From NCBI GenBank assembly GCA_017529865.1, contig JAFXNA010000018.1, positions 105,138 through 169,137 of the forward strand: DNA of 64,000 bases, in the 5' to 3' direction. The translations under genes and the position numbers were made by a program. Shown here one piece after another: positions 8,918-19,891 of this stretch. Source of the stretch: Bacteroidaceae bacterium (lineage in GTDB: Bacteria; Bacteroidota; Bacteroidia; Bacteroidales; Bacteroidaceae). The notes under the pieces are model-generated. The model was not told the origin of the DNA, searched no databases, and saw nothing but the letters and a program-made list of their open reading frames with translations. Numbering within the stretch: position 1 is the stretch's first letter; each line of letters opens with the position of its first letter.

Positions 8918-11251
8918 ATGGTGAGAACTTTAAAACTTTTAGCATTCACAAGTCTGCTGAGTATCATTCAGTTTGCTTGCCCAACCACAGCTGAGGCTGC
9001 TTACGGCGATTGGACCATCTATGCTGCCTATCATCATGCAACCAAGGTGGCTACCCTCAACAAAGTGGTCTATGTGCTAAGCGATAATGGTCTGTATAGC
9101 TACGACCCAGGAGACACACATGTAGAAACCTACGACAAGACCAATGTGCTGAGTGACAACCATATCATCAATATGGTATGTTGTGATGCCACCAAGCAAA
9201 TCGTATTGCTGTATAGTAATGGTAACATTGACCTGATGGATGCTAAAGGCAATGTGTATAATATGCCAGAGCTGAAAGGAAAAGCATTGCCAGACAAAAC
9301 CCTGAACGACCTTTATGTTCACAATGAAAATATCTATATCTCTACCAATTCAGGTATCGTAGTGCTGGACACCAAACGCAAGGTTTTTGCCAACTACTAT
9401 GATTTGGGCCAGAAGGTAAACAGCGTGATTGTTGACAATGGAACGATTGTGGCAGTAACAAGTGGAGGTGTGTATAAAGGACAGATGAAAGATAACTTGT
9501 TGGATGCAAATAGTTGGGAAAAAGCGTCTTCAAATGTATTCTCAAAAATTGTTATCTTCAACAATCATTATTACGCTTGTGCCCAAAATAACAAAAGGTT
9601 GAAAATCATCACCGACAAGGAGAATCTATCCTACAATAATACGACAGATGATGCCATTACAGACTATTGTGTAGCAAATGATATGCTGCTGTTCTTTGGT
9701 AACAACCATATCATCATCATCGACAAGGACAATAACTATAAGGCAGTTGACAATACGTTAAGTACCCAACATGCAGAATATGTCGGTGGTAAATATTGGA
9801 TGGCTTGTAATACGAATGGATTGATGCAGGCATCACTTGATGAAGGAGCTTTCAAAGAGACCGTAGCATCTATCATTCCTAACAGTCCATTCTATAACTA
9901 CTTCTACAATCTGACAATGATCAATGGCAGGTTGTTGGCTGTAGGTGGATATTATGAATTTGAGTCTTCCACGGTACGTCCTGCTTTTGCTACTCAATAC
10001 GATAATGGAGTATGGACCAATTTCGATGAAACTTTAGCATTTGAAGGTATGGGTGGTAGTTATTACTATAGAAACTTTAACGGTATTGTCCAAGACCCTA
10101 ACGACCCAACTCATCATTTTGTTTCTGCTCGAGCAGGTATCGTAGAATATAAAGACTATAAGTTTGTCAAGCACTATGACCATAAAAACTCACCTTTAAT
10201 ACCGATTCTTCCCAACAGTTCACATGCAAGTTATTATAACTGGACAGGAGGATTGACTTATGATAGCCAGGATAATCTATGGATGTTGTGTTGTTGTCAG
10301 GATACGACAATAAGAGTGATGAAGGCTGATGGTACGTGGCAAAGTTATTACTATGAGGAATTAGTCAATTCGTTCAATGTCAATAGCATCACGATTGATC
10401 AGCGTGGATGGATGTGGATTTGTAACCGTTTCTCCAGTGTTGATAAGAATGCAGGCTTGTTCATTGTGAATATGAATGGTACACTGAATCAGCGCTCAGA
10501 TGACCGCACACGATGGATTGATACCTTTAACAACCAAGACGGAACATCCTATCATGCTTATGAGATGAACTGTGCCGTTGAGGACTTGAAAGGGGCCATT
10601 TGGATAGGAACAGATTTAGGTCCGTTTGTTACTTTTGACCCATCTACTGTCTTTAGTTCTGATTTCTATTTCACCCAATGTAAGGTACCTCGTAATGATG
10701 GAACCAACTATGCTGACTATCTGCTAAGTGAAATCGATGTCAGATGTATCACGGTTGATGGTGGCAATCGGAAGTGGATAGGTACCATTGGCAATGGAGT
10801 CTATTTGGTCAATGAAGACGGTTCTGCCATTCTTGAGCACTTTACGATTGACAATAGCCCACTTATCTCGAACGATATCTACTCAATTGCGATAGATGGT
10901 AGCTCAGGTGAAGTATTCTTTGCCACAGAGAACGGTCTTGTTTCCTATATGGGAAATGCGGTAGATCCAGAGGAGTCATTCGATAAGGACTTAGTGAAAG
11001 CATATCCTAATCCTGTGAAACCGGATTACACGGGCAACGTCATCATCACAGGTCTGATGAACAATTCCGTAGTTAAGATTGTCAATGCAGCAGGTCGATT
11101 GGTGAAAGAAGGCACATCTGTAGGTGGAGCATTCTCATGGGATAGGCTTACCACTGAAGGCAAACAAGCAGCAGCAGGTGTATATTATGTGCTGGCTACA
11201 GATGCTGATGGTGATAATGGAGTTGCAACTAAGTTCCTGATTGTCAGGTAG
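8918..11251 (+). CDS. secreted two-beta-propeller protein with a T9SS C-terminal sorting domain (PorZ-like)
   Basis: 777 aa with a signal peptide (..TTAEA/AYGDW) and repeated propeller-type blocks. The C-terminus AYPNPVKPD..VKIVNAAGRLV..GVYYVLATD..KFLIVR is typical of a T9SS CTD. Size and architecture match PorZ. Confidence 0.55.
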   Translation: MVRTLKLLAFTSLLSIIQFACPTTAEAAYGDWTIYAAYHHATKVATLNKVVYVLSDNGLYSYDPGDTHVETYDKTNVLSDNHIINMVCCDATKQIVLLYSNGNIDLMDAKGNVYNMPELKGKALPDKTLNDLYVHNENIYISTNSGIVVLDTKRKVFANYYDLGQKVNSVIVDNGTIVAVTSGGVYKGQMKDNLLDANSWEKASSNVFSKIVIFNNHYYACAQNNKRLKIITDKENLSYNNTTDDAITDYCVANDMLLFFGNNHIIIIDKDNNYKAVDNTLSTQHAEYVGGKYWMACNTNGLMQASLDEGAFKETVASIIPNSPFYNYFYNLTMINGRLLAVGGYYEFESSTVRPAFATQYDNGVWTNFDETLAFEGMGGSYYYRNFNGIVQDPNDPTHHFVSARAGIVEYKDYKFVKHYDHKNSPLIPILPNSSHASYYNWTGGLTYDSQDNLWMLCCCQDTTIRVMKADGTWQSYYYEELVNSFNVNSITIDQRGWMWICNRFSSVDKNAGLFIVNMNGTLNQRSDDRTRWIDTFNNQDGTSYHAYEMNCAVEDLKGAIWIGTDLGPFVTFDPSTVFSSDFYFTQCKVPRNDGTNYADYLLSEIDVRCITVDGGNRKWIGTIGNGVYLVNEDGSAILEHFTIDNSPLISNDIYSIAIDGSSGEVFFATENGLVSYMGNAVDPEESFDKDLVKAYPNPVKPDYTGNVIITGLMNNSVVKIVNAAGRLVKEGTSVGGAFSWDRLTTEGKQAAAGVYYVLATDADGDNGVATKFLIVR

Positions 11252-12500
11252 TCGAAGATAAGGTACGTTTGACAAGCAGATACAGCTTATCATTCGGACG
11301 TACCTTTTCATTTACTTTTATGCTGATATGTTGCCCACGTGTGGCAGTCTGAACAGGAACGAGATCAAATCTGATTTCGTCCGCTGTTTGTATTAAGGCT
11401 CCTGTTGTGACTCCTGTAATCAGTATCTTATCGCCTACATGCAGGTCTTCATTCTCAATCAAGAACTCAGCAACACCGATATTTGAGAAATACTTCATGC
11501 ACTTTCCTACATATACCTTCTGCTCAGTGGCTTTGCTACCATATACCTCACACCATTCTCCAAGGCGCTGTCCTTGATAATATCCATCCCAGAATCCACG
11601 ATTGAATACAGTTGACAATGATTCGTCCCAACGGTCTTTCTTTTCCTCGGTAAAGGTTCCTTCAATGACACTGTTAATCGCTTCATTATAGGCACTTACC
11701 ACCGTCTGTACATATTCAGGACCTCGTGCTCTTCCTTCAATCTTGAACACTCTCACACCTGCATTCATCATGATATCCATAAAACGGATGGTCTTCAGGT
11801 CTTTGGGCGACATGATGTATTTATTGTCTATCTGGAGTTGAGTACCCGTTTCTATGTCTTTTACCTCATAACCACGGCGGCAAATCTGTACACACTCACC
11901 ACGATTGGCGCTGCGACCTGCGTTTTGCAGACTCAGATAGCATTTGCCACTAATCGCCATACAAAGTGCCCCATGACAGAACATCTCGATACGAATCAGT
12001 TGTCCAGAAGGACCTGTGATATGTTGACTTTGGATCTGGTCGTAGATATCTTTCACTTGCCACATATTGAGTTCGCGTGCAAGCACTACCACATCTGCAA
12101 ACTGTGCATAGAAACGAAGGGCTTCAATGTTGGAGATATTGAGTTGGGTGCTCAAGTGTACTTCCATCCCCACTTGCCGACAATACAGCATGACAGCTAC
12201 ATCGCTTGCAATCACTGCCGAGATTTTTGCTTCGACAGCAGCATCCACAATCTCATGCATGGTATCAATATCATCACCATAAATTATAGTATTGACGGTC
12301 AGATAGCTTTTCAGCCCGTGTTGGTGACAGATTTCTGCGATTTCCTTCAAATCGTCTATGGTAAAAGGATTGGCTGAATGGGAGCGCATATTGAGCTTCC
12401 CAATGCCAAAATACACACTATCTGCACCTGCATGGATGGCGGCAGCAAGGTTTTCTCTGCTACCGACTGGAGCCATGATTTCAAACTCGTTTCTTTTCAC
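11244..12500 (-). CDS. peptidase U32 family protein
   Basis: [25 protein letters not shown], with a cysteine-rich central block. The GTG start overlaps the mutS stop (GTGA); an alternative ATG lies at 12476. Confidence 0.8.
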   Translation of the reverse strand: MKRNEFEIMAPVGSRENLAAAIHAGADSVYFGIGKLNMRSHSANPFTIDDLKEIAEICHQHGLKSYLTVNTIIYGDDIDTMHEIVDAAVEAKISAVIASDVAVMLYCRQVGMEVHLSTQLNISNIEALRFYAQFADVVVLARELNMWQVKDIYDQIQSQHITGPSGQLIRIEMFCHGALCMAISGKCYLSLQNAGRSANRGECVQICRRGYEVKDIETGTQLQIDNKYIMSPKDLKTIRFMDIMMNAGVRVFKIEGRARGPEYVQTVVSAYNEAINSVIEGTFTEEKKDRWDESLSTVFNRGFWDGYYQGQRLGEWCEVYGSKATEQKVYVGKCMKYFSNIGVAEFLIENEDLHVGDKILITGVTTGALIQTADEIRFDLVPVQTATRGQHISIKVNEKVRPNDKLYLLVKRTLSSTT

Positions 12501-15118
12501 TTGCCTTTCAATATTTTTTTGATGTCATTCAGTTTATTGAGTGCCTCTAACGGTGTCAGACTATTGACATCGATATTCAGCAGTTCATCACGTACCTGAC
12601 TGAGAATAGGATCATCCAATTGGAAGAAAGAAAGTTGGTGTGTGCCACCACCTGTTGAGATGGTTTCTGTATGTGGACGTGAAATGCCATCACCAGAGTT
12701 GTTACGCTCTAGTTCCTTCAATACTTCTTCTGCACGTCGAACCACACTTGGCACCATACCGGCAATCTTGGCTACATGAATACCAAACGAGTGTTCACTG
12801 CCACCTTTAACCAGTTTGCGTAAGAAGATGACACGTCCATCAGCTTCACGCACAGATACATTGTAGTTCTTGATGCGAGAGAAGAGTTTTTCCATCTCGT
12901 TCAGTTCGTGATAATGGGTGGCAAACAAGGTGCGGGCATGGTTGCGAGGATTCTCATGGATATATTCCACAATCGCCCATGCAATAGAGATTCCGTCATA
13001 AGTACTGGTTCCGCGGCCCAGTTCATCGAATAATACCAATGAACGAGGGGTGAGGTTATTGAGGATATTGCTTGCCTCGGTCATCTCTACCATGAAGGTA
13101 CTCTCGCCCATTGAGATATTATCACTAGCACCCACACGGGTGAATATCTTGTCACACACTCCGATTCTGGCACTCTCGGCAGGTACGAAACTACCCATTT
13201 GAGCCATAATGGTAATCAGGGCTGTCTGACGCAACAGTGCTGATTTTCCTGCCATATTCGGACCTGTGATAATGATGATTTGCTGATGTTCAGCATCCAG
13301 ATAGAGGTCGTTGGCGATATACTGCTCTCCGATAGGCATATATTGCTCTATCACTGGGTGACGTCCTTGTTTGATATCAATCACCAAACTATCATCAACA
13401 ACAGGACATACATACTTGTGTTCTTTGGCGCTGACAGCGAATGAAAGCAGACAGTCTATCCTTGCTATTTCCGCTGCATTTTGTTGCAAAGGAGCGATGA
13501 AATCGGCCGAATCTGTAACTAATTGGGTAAACAGTCGGTTTTCGAGAGCCTGTATTTTTTCTTCTGCTCCAAGTATCTTTTCTTCGTATTCCTTGAGTTC
13601 TTGAGTGATGTATCTTTCTGCAGATACCAAGGTCTGTTTGCGAATCCACTCTTGGGGCACCAGATCTTTGAAAGTGTTGCGTACTTCAATATAGTAGCCA
13701 AACACGTTGTTGAAGCCAATCTTCAGACTCTGAATACCAGTCTGTTCTATCTCACGTTGCTGAATCTTCAGCAGATAGTCTTTTCCTGAATAGGCAATTG
13801 CTCGTAGTTCATCCAGTTCGCTATTGACACCTTCAGCGATAACACCACCTTTAGCCACAAGGAATGGGGCATCAAGTCTGATTTCACGTTCAATACGTTC
13901 CCGAAGGGCTACACAGGCATTGAGGGCCTGACCAATCTGTCTTATGCTCTCATCTTTGGCGGCCATACATAGTTCCTTGATAGGAGCAATGGCTTGTAGT
14001 GCCGTTTTCAGTTGCAGCATATCGCGAGGAGAAACACGTCCCACAGCAATCTTACCACTGATTCGTTCTATATCACCGATGTTGTGAAGTTGTTCTTCAA
14101 TGGTATCTCTGAAATCAGTGTTGCGGAAGAAATACTCCACAACTTGCTGACGTTGTCTGATTTCCCTTATTTCCTTCAGTGGGAATAGAATCCATCTTTT
14201 CAGCAATCGTCCTCCCATCGGACTGATAGTGTGGTCAATCACATCTAACAGTGACACCCCTCCTTCGTTAATTGTTTCCAGCAATTCCAGACTGCGAAGG
14301 GTGAATTTGCCAATGCGAGCATACTGTCCTTCATCGATTTGCGAGATGGTACGTATATGACCAATATTCGTATGTTGGGTCTGCTCCAGATAATAGAGAA
14401 TGGTGCCAGCTGCTACGATTCCGTTCTTCAAATGGTCTACACCAAATCCTTTCATATTCTTAACACCGAAATGGTGTAGCACTTTCTTGGTTGCCGTATC
14501 TTCGGCATATACCCAGTCGGCTAATGGGTATTTGTTGAGGCGTAGACCAAACGCCCCTTCAAACATATTACGTTTGCTTTCTTCGCATAACACTTCCTTG
14601 GGAGCGAAGTTAGCCATCAATTTGTCAATCGTTTCCGTATCGCCTTCTGCCACCAGAAACTCACCTGTGGAGATGTCCAACAATGCTAATCCGCAAGCAG
14701 CCTTACCAAAATGAACAGATGCCAGGAAGTTATTCTCCTTGTTGTTCAGCACATTATCGTTCATCGATACTCCAGGTGTGACAATCTCTGTAATCCCTCG
14801 TTTCACCAGTTTCTTGGTGAGTTTGGGGTCTTCAAGTTGGTCGCAGATAGCAACTCGTTTACCTGCACGAATCAGTTTTGGCAGATAGGCATCGAGGGCA
14901 TGATAAGGAAAACCTGCCATTGCTGTGTTGACTGCACGTTCAGTACCACCAGAACCTCTCTTGGTCAGCGTGATTCCGAGTATGTCGGCAGCAATAGAGG
15001 CATCTTCTGCGTATGTCTCATAAAAGTCGCCACAACGAAACAACAACAAGGCATCAGGGTATTTTGCCTTGAAGTCATAGAATTGCTTCATCATGGGGGT
15101 CATCTCTTCTCTTGCCAT
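12497..15118 (-). CDS. mutS: DNA mismatch repair protein MutS
   Basis: [28 protein letters not shown], Walker A GPNMAGKS, and [12 protein letters not shown]. Confidence 0.97.
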   Translation of the reverse strand: MAREEMTPMMKQFYDFKAKYPDALLLFRCGDFYETYAEDASIAADILGITLTKRGSGGTERAVNTAMAGFPYHALDAYLPKLIRAGKRVAICDQLEDPKLTKKLVKRGITEIVTPGVSMNDNVLNNKENNFLASVHFGKAACGLALLDISTGEFLVAEGDTETIDKLMANFAPKEVLCEESKRNMFEGAFGLRLNKYPLADWVYAEDTATKKVLHHFGVKNMKGFGVDHLKNGIVAAGTILYYLEQTQHTNIGHIRTISQIDEGQYARIGKFTLRSLELLETINEGGVSLLDVIDHTISPMGGRLLKRWILFPLKEIREIRQRQQVVEYFFRNTDFRDTIEEQLHNIGDIERISGKIAVGRVSPRDMLQLKTALQAIAPIKELCMAAKDESIRQIGQALNACVALRERIEREIRLDAPFLVAKGGVIAEGVNSELDELRAIAYSGKDYLLKIQQREIEQTGIQSLKIGFNNVFGYYIEVRNTFKDLVPQEWIRKQTLVSAERYITQELKEYEEKILGAEEKIQALENRLFTQLVTDSADFIAPLQQNAAEIARIDCLLSFAVSAKEHKYVCPVVDDSLVIDIKQGRHPVIEQYMPIGEQYIANDLYLDAEHQQIIIITGPNMAGKSALLRQTALITIMAQMGSFVPAESARIGVCDKIFTRVGASDNISMGESTFMVEMTEASNILNNLTPRSLVLFDELGRGTSTYDGISIAWAIVEYIHENPRNHARTLFATHYHELNEMEKLFSRIKNYNVSVREADGRVIFLRKLVKGGSEHSFGIHVAKIAGMVPSVVRRAEEVLKELERNNSGDGISRPHTETISTGGGTHQLSFFQLDDPILSQVRDELLNIDVNSLTPLEALNKLNDIKKILKGK

Positions 15119-15139
15119 CGCTTTTCAATTATTCTTTAT

Positions 15140-15160
15140 CTACTCTTCACTCTTCACTTT
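15140..15160 (-). repeat. period-7 stop array (TGA, TGA, TAG in minus-strand sense) at the trmH-type gene end, upstream of mutS
   Basis: The minus strand reads gtgaagagtgaagagtag. Stop triplets sit at plus-strand 15154-56, 15147-49 and 15140-42. Confidence 0.7.
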
Positions 15161-15676
15161 TTTCATCATTTCCCACATCACAATACCTGCTGTGGTACTT
15201 ACATTCAACGAGTGCTTGGTGCCGAATTGGGGGATTTCCAGACATCCGTTGCAGCAGTCCACCACTTCCTGGTTTACGCCTTTCACTTCGTTTCCAAACA
15301 CCACAGCATATTTCTTATCCGGCTCAGCAACGAAGTCTTGTAACATCGTACTGCCTTCCACTTGTTCAATGGCCAGCACCTCGTAGCCTTGTTGTTGTAA
15401 CATCTTCACCGTTTTGAGGGCCTCTTTGTGGTAATACCAGTCTACTGCATCTTCGGCTCCCAAAGCGGTTTTGTGTATCTCTGGATGGGGAGGACAAGAA
15501 GTGATGCCACAGAGGTAGATGGCTTCTATGCGGAATGCATCAGCAGTGCGGAACACACTACCCACATTGTACATACTGCGCACATTATCCAACACGACGA
15601 CCAGCGGATTCTTCTTGCTTTTCTTGAACTCATCAACGCTGATACGGTTCATTTCGAGTACATTCAGCTTTCTCAT
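15140..15676 (-). CDS. TrmH/SpoU-family RNA 2'-O-methyltransferase
   Basis: 178 aa with SpoU motifs: VVLDNVRSMYNVGSVFRTADAF, FGNEVKGV, IPQFGTKHSLNVSTTAGI. Confidence 0.85.
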   Translation of the reverse strand: MRKLNVLEMNRISVDEFKKSKKNPLVVVLDNVRSMYNVGSVFRTADAFRIEAIYLCGITSCPPHPEIHKTALGAEDAVDWYYHKEALKTVKMLQQQGYEVLAIEQVEGSTMLQDFVAEPDKKYAVVFGNEVKGVNQEVVDCCNGCLEIPQFGTKHSLNVSTTAGIVMWEMMKKVKSEE

Positions 15677-15677
15677 C

Positions 15678-17900
15678 CTAATCCACTAACTTTTGCAATT
15701 CTCTATCCAACTCATCCACAGAACTACCGCGAGCCACGATTTTGTGGTTTTTGTCAGCAATGATGAAGGTAGGAATGGATGTGATACCCAGTTTCTTTAC
15801 AGGCTCTGAATCCCATACTTTCCCATCACACACATGTTCACAATAAGTGGTATCTTCTCTAGTCGTATTCTCCCACTTGAAGATTTCTGAGTCGAGTGAG
15901 ATAGCAATAATCTTTACGTTCGTATAATCAGCATAGTCTTCTGTCAGGACAGCGAAGTCATCAACAAAGTCATAGCGGTCAGGCATCCAGGTCGACCAAT
16001 AAACCAGGACGGTGTAGTCCACATTGGTTTTGCCGATATTGATGGTACGTTTTGATTTGGTTTTCAGTTCTATGCTTGGGATGGTCTTGCCCACTTGTCC
16101 GTTTTCTATCAGTTTCATCGTATTCTCCACCTTGAGCACCAGTCGGTTCTGAGGCTGTGCTTTCTTCAGGGTTTTGATGGTTTTCTTCAGGGTTTCTAGC
16201 GATGTTGATTGTTCTTGTACCAGATAGCGGTCGAACAGATAGATGGCAACAGCCGATTCTGGGTGGTCATTGATAAATGTCTCAGCCACCTCACGCTGTT
16301 GTGTGGGGTTCATTCCGTTGGTTTGCTTGCGAAATTCATTCATCAGTTCGTTTTCCTCATTGCCGTCCACCGTATAGTTTTTCAGGTCGTTGGCAGAGGC
16401 ATTATAGTGTATCACACTACCGTTCTGCACGAATATCACTTGTTCCAATGCATTGGGAAACACCAATGTGTAGGGTGTCAGTTCTTCTGCGTTACCTGCG
16501 TATACAAATTCACCGTTGTTGATATAGATAGTGTCGAACTTCGCGTCTGAATTATCTTGGTTGTAGATGTACAGTTCACCAGCTGGCATATCCTTGAATT
16601 GACCTTCAATCTTGAATTGACGATCGTTGGTGCTACATGAGGTCATCATTCCGGCAACAATCAACATAGCCATTACTGATGTGTACTTCTTGCTCAACTG
16701 ACGCACAGGATACCACACCGATACCAGTCCTACCACTAAAACGGTAACAAACACGATGATGATATCCGTCACATGTACACTGACGGGGTATGAGTCAATG
16801 ATGTAACTGCCAGCCGACTGACCGAATTTGATGATACCGAAGTGTTGCTGAATAAGGCAGAGCGACAATCCCAGCACAATGCCGATGATGGCTCCCACCA
16901 GCGAAATCAACCGTCCTTCTATCATGAAGATATTGGCAATCTGATGCTCTGTGGCGCCTAAATTGCGTAGGGTCATTGCATCGTTCTTCTTGTCGATAAT
17001 CAGCATTGATATCGAACCGATGATATTGAAACATGCAATCATAAGAATGAATGTCAGGAATATATACGAGATGAGCTTTTCTATCTTCATAATTTTGAAA
17101 GTGTCTTCTTGTTGCTCGTAGCGGTCCATCACCACGTATTTGCTGCCTAGTTCCTTCTTCAGTTGACTTTTCACTTTGTCGATGTCTGCACCATTCTTCA
17201 GTTTCAGTTCCAACGATGAAACCATTCCAGGCCTGTCAAACAGGTTTCGAGCAAACCGTAAGGAGGTCAGTACGTAATGTGAGTCATATTTCTGTTGGCT
17301 GACGTTGAATGCTACCCCTGGTGAGTACAATTCATCTTGATTGAAACTCTCACTGGGGTCGTTCATATTGATATGTTCATCTCCTACAGGGGCATATACC
17401 TGAATCGGAGACTGAAATCCTACATCCACACCCAGATTGCTCAACAGGTTGACACCTAAGATGCCATATTCTATCACATCGGCGTGTAGTTCGTACACTC
17501 CATCACCAAACTTGATGCGTTTGAAGTCTATCAACTGTTCGAAGTTATCATCTACTCCCTTCACCGTAGCCATTACCTGTCGGTTTTGTGTCATCAGCAT
17601 TGCCTGATCTTCCAATACTTCCGAGAAAACAGCGATTTCATCGTGATTTTTTACGTTCTCCAGTGCTTTGCTGTCTGCCTGCATAAACTTACCCTCGGCT
17701 GCTACAATCTTCAATTCTGGGTCGAAAGCCGTAAACAGATTGGCTACCATATCCTGAAAACCATTGAACACCGACAAGATACATACCAAAGCAGCGGTAG
17801 CAAAAGCTACACCACACACCGATATGCCACTGATGATGTTGATAGCATGGTGTGACTTCTTTGTCAGCAGGTATCGCTTGGCTATGTAGAACGAGAACAC
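15678..17900 (-). CDS. read-through fusion: LolC/E-type FtsX-family permease (17900-16674) plus a DUF4369/thioredoxin-fold TlpA-like domain (16673-15678)
   Basis: 740-aa uninterrupted ORF. The first 409 aa are an FtsX-type permease. An internal MAMLIVAGMMTSC lipoprotein signal follows, then a thioredoxin-like domain in which the CxxC position reads WSTWMPDRY. Confidence 0.75.
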   Translation of the reverse strand: MFSFYIAKRYLLTKKSHHAINIISGISVCGVAFATAALVCILSVFNGFQDMVANLFTAFDPELKIVAAEGKFMQADSKALENVKNHDEIAVFSEVLEDQAMLMTQNRQVMATVKGVDDNFEQLIDFKRIKFGDGVYELHADVIEYGILGVNLLSNLGVDVGFQSPIQVYAPVGDEHINMNDPSESFNQDELYSPGVAFNVSQQKYDSHYVLTSLRFARNLFDRPGMVSSLELKLKNGADIDKVKSQLKKELGSKYVVMDRYEQQEDTFKIMKIEKLISYIFLTFILMIACFNIIGSISMLIIDKKNDAMTLRNLGATEHQIANIFMIEGRLISLVGAIIGIVLGLSLCLIQQHFGIIKFGQSAGSYIIDSYPVSVHVTDIIIVFVTVLVVGLVSVWYPVRQLSKKYTSVMAMLIVAGMMTSCSTNDRQFKIEGQFKDMPAGELYIYNQDNSDAKFDTIYINNGEFVYAGNAEELTPYTLVFPNALEQVIFVQNGSVIHYNASANDLKNYTVDGNEENELMNEFRKQTNGMNPTQQREVAETFINDHPESAVAIYLFDRYLVQEQSTSLETLKKTIKTLKKAQPQNRLVLKVENTMKLIENGQVGKTIPSIELKTKSKRTINIGKTNVDYTVLVYWSTWMPDRYDFVDDFAVLTEDYADYTNVKIIAISLDSEIFKWENTTREDTTYCEHVCDGKVWDSEPVKKLGITSIPTFIIADKNHKIVARGSSVDELDRELQKLVD

Positions 17901-17904
17901 AATC

Positions 17905-18240
17905 TTATTTTTTCAACAGATTATCGATGTTTTCAATATAATCGAGTGAGTCATCGATAAAGAATTTTAACTCGGGTATGATTCTCAACTGATGACGTTC
18001 CAGTGTGCCCAACTCATAGCGTATCTGGCTTGTCTGAGCATTGATATTGTCCAATATCTCCTGAGCACGAGCCGATGGATATATGCTCAGGTAAGCCTTT
18101 GCTACACTTAGGTCTGGGCTGACCCTTACGATGCTCACCGATACCAGCACACCTCTTGTCTTGCGGGTTTGTGCTTGGAATATAGTGCTCAAATCCTTCT
18201 GGATGAGCCGCGCAATCTTATTTTGTCTTGTACTTTCCAC
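17905..18240 (-). CDS. rbfA: ribosome-binding factor A
   Basis: 111 aa: RQNKIARLIQKDLS.IF.., VSIVRVSPDLSVAKAYLS. GTG start. Confidence 0.9.
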   Translation of the reverse strand: MESTRQNKIARLIQKDLSTIFQAQTRKTRGVLVSVSIVRVSPDLSVAKAYLSIYPSARAQEILDNINAQTSQIRYELGTLERHQLRIIPELKFFIDDSLDYIENIDNLLKK

Positions 18241-18299
18241 GATCTTATTTACTATTTAACAACTTACCTCATTTTTTGCATTTTTGCATTTTATAATTT

Positions 18300-18926
18300 T
18301 TACATTTTTCTTAAAATACTAATCCCGTCTCTCACAGATACAATCACTTTCTCCACCCTCGTGTCCTTTGCTACGAAGTCGTTGAAGGCCATGATGCCCT
18401 TTGTCTGTTCATCGTGCTCTGCTGGCGGTTCCAACACATGTCCGTCCCACAGTGTGTTATCGGCAAGGATAAAGCCACCGGGATTCATGTGTTGCATCAC
18501 CATCTCGTAGTAGTTCACATATTCCCTTTTGTTGCCATCGATGAATGCCATATCGAACTTGATACCCAATTTTGGTACAATCTCCATAGCATCTCCGATA
18601 TAGAACTTCACGCGGTCGGCCCAAGGGGAGTTTTCTATCCAAGGACGTGTAAAATCCTCCAATTCATCGAAGATTTCAATCGTATGAACCATTCCACCAT
18701 CCTGCAATCCTTCAGCCATACACAGTGCCGAGTAGCTGCTATAGGTGCCGATCTCCAGAATGTTTTGAGGACGTATCATCTCCACAAACATCTTCAACAG
18801 CCTACCTTGTACATGTCCACTTGCCATCCTGCCATACAGCAATTGTGTTTGAGTGGCTCTATACAACCGATGAAGATATTCTCCCTCCTCATCGATATGC
18901 TGCGCTATGTACTCTTCAATCTCCAT
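18300..18926 (-). CDS. class I SAM-dependent O-methyltransferase (caffeoyl-CoA OMT-like)
   Basis: ILEIGTYSSYSALCMAEGL..FDMAFIDGNKREY..GGFILADNTLW. The ATG at 18926 overlaps the aroQ stop (TAATG). Confidence 0.85.
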   Translation of the reverse strand: MEIEEYIAQHIDEEGEYLHRLYRATQTQLLYGRMASGHVQGRLLKMFVEMIRPQNILEIGTYSSYSALCMAEGLQDGGMVHTIEIFDELEDFTRPWIENSPWADRVKFYIGDAMEIVPKLGIKFDMAFIDGNKREYVNYYEMVMQHMNPGGFILADNTLWDGHVLEPPAEHDEQTKGIMAFNDFVAKDTRVEKVIVSVRDGISILRKM

Positions 18927-19342
18927 TATCCTATCAGCGCTTCTATCGCCAATCGATAAGAATCCAATCCGAATCCCATGATGGTACCCCTGCAAGCAGG
19001 ACCAATCATCGACACATGACGGAAATCCTCACGCTGCAATACATTCGAGATATGTACCTCCACCACTGGGCTTTTCACTGCTCGGATGGCGTCCTGTAGC
19101 GCAATACTTGTGTGGGTGTAGGCACCTGCGTTGAACACAATGCCATCGTAGGTGAAGCCAACCTCATGAATCTTGTTGATCAGCTCGCCCTCTATGTTCG
19201 ACTGATAATATGTCAGTTCCACCTGTGGGAAGCGCTCCACCAACTCCTGGAAGTACTCATCCATGCCCTTCGAGCCATAAATGCCTGGTTCGCGTTTGCC
19301 GAGCAGGTTGATGTTCGGCCCGTTTAACACCAATATCTTCAT
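18926..19342 (-). CDS. aroQ: type II 3-dehydroquinate dehydratase
   Basis: MKILVLNGPNINLLGKREP.IYG, NAGAYTHTSIAL.DA, VEVHISN. Confidence 0.93.
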   Translation of the reverse strand: MKILVLNGPNINLLGKREPGIYGSKGMDEYFQELVERFPQVELTYYQSNIEGELINKIHEVGFTYDGIVFNAGAYTHTSIALQDAIRAVKSPVVEVHISNVLQREDFRHVSMIGPACRGTIMGFGLDSYRLAIEALIG

Positions 19343-19409
19343 AATCTAACGTCTATTTCAATAACCTATACCCCATAACCATTATTTGGTCTGTCTAATT
19401 TTCTAAGTG

Positions 19410-19417
19410 CAAAGGTA
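19410..19417 (-). promoter_or_regulatory. candidate -7 box TAccTTTG upstream of aroQ
   Basis: The plus strand reads caaaggta, about 68 nt upstream of the aroQ ATG. Confidence 0.35.
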
Positions 19418-19521
19418 CACATTATTTAGCATTTCACAATTTACCATTTACTATTTTTCTGCAATTCCTTTGTTTTTCGCCTTCAATCCGTGGGGTTTTG
19501 CTGTTTGTGCCTGACAAGTGG

Positions 19522-19552
19522 GTACAAAATAAGGAGAGCCGAAACTCTCCTT
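19522..19552 (-). terminator. hairpin terminator candidate
   Basis: aaggagag-ccgaaa-ctctcctt is a perfect 8-bp stem (19531-19552), followed on the minus strand by ATTTTG. Confidence 0.45.
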
Positions 19553-19823
19553 ATGAGTGGGGGATGGTACGATCCAAAAGGAAATCGAAAATACCCATCA
19601 CTAGAATGCCTTCTTCATTATAATGTGACCGATAGCGATCACCTGCAATAATTATCTTTTTAACCCCATCAGGCACTTTCATTAACGAAGCCTCAGTGTC
19701 CGTCATCTGTTGGTCAATGTAGTTCAATAGTTCAATAGTTCGCCAGGATTTCATAAGCGTTTGTTTCTGCGATCTTCCAGGCATCCGATAAATAATGATT
19801 AATTGGATTATGGGAAGAACCAT
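19551..19823 (-). pseudogene. probable C-terminal relic of an AAA+/DUF4143-type ATPase gene
   Basis: The 90-aa ORF ends ..KKIIIAGDRYRSHYNEEGILVMGIFDFLLD, which resembles the C-terminal end of DUF4143 ATPases. There is no room for the N-terminal ATPase domain before hisS. Confidence 0.3.
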
Positions 19824-19891
19824 ATCAACGATGCCGTTAGGTGGTTTGTGTCACGTGGGGCGAGTTGTTGGACAATTCATAGCCCTTCTAT

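Noticed and set aside
14711-15343. 210-aa plus-strand ORF spanning the mutS 5' end and the trmH-type gene
   Set aside because: It is antisense to two well-supported genes and crosses their intergenic spacer, so it is a shadow ORF.
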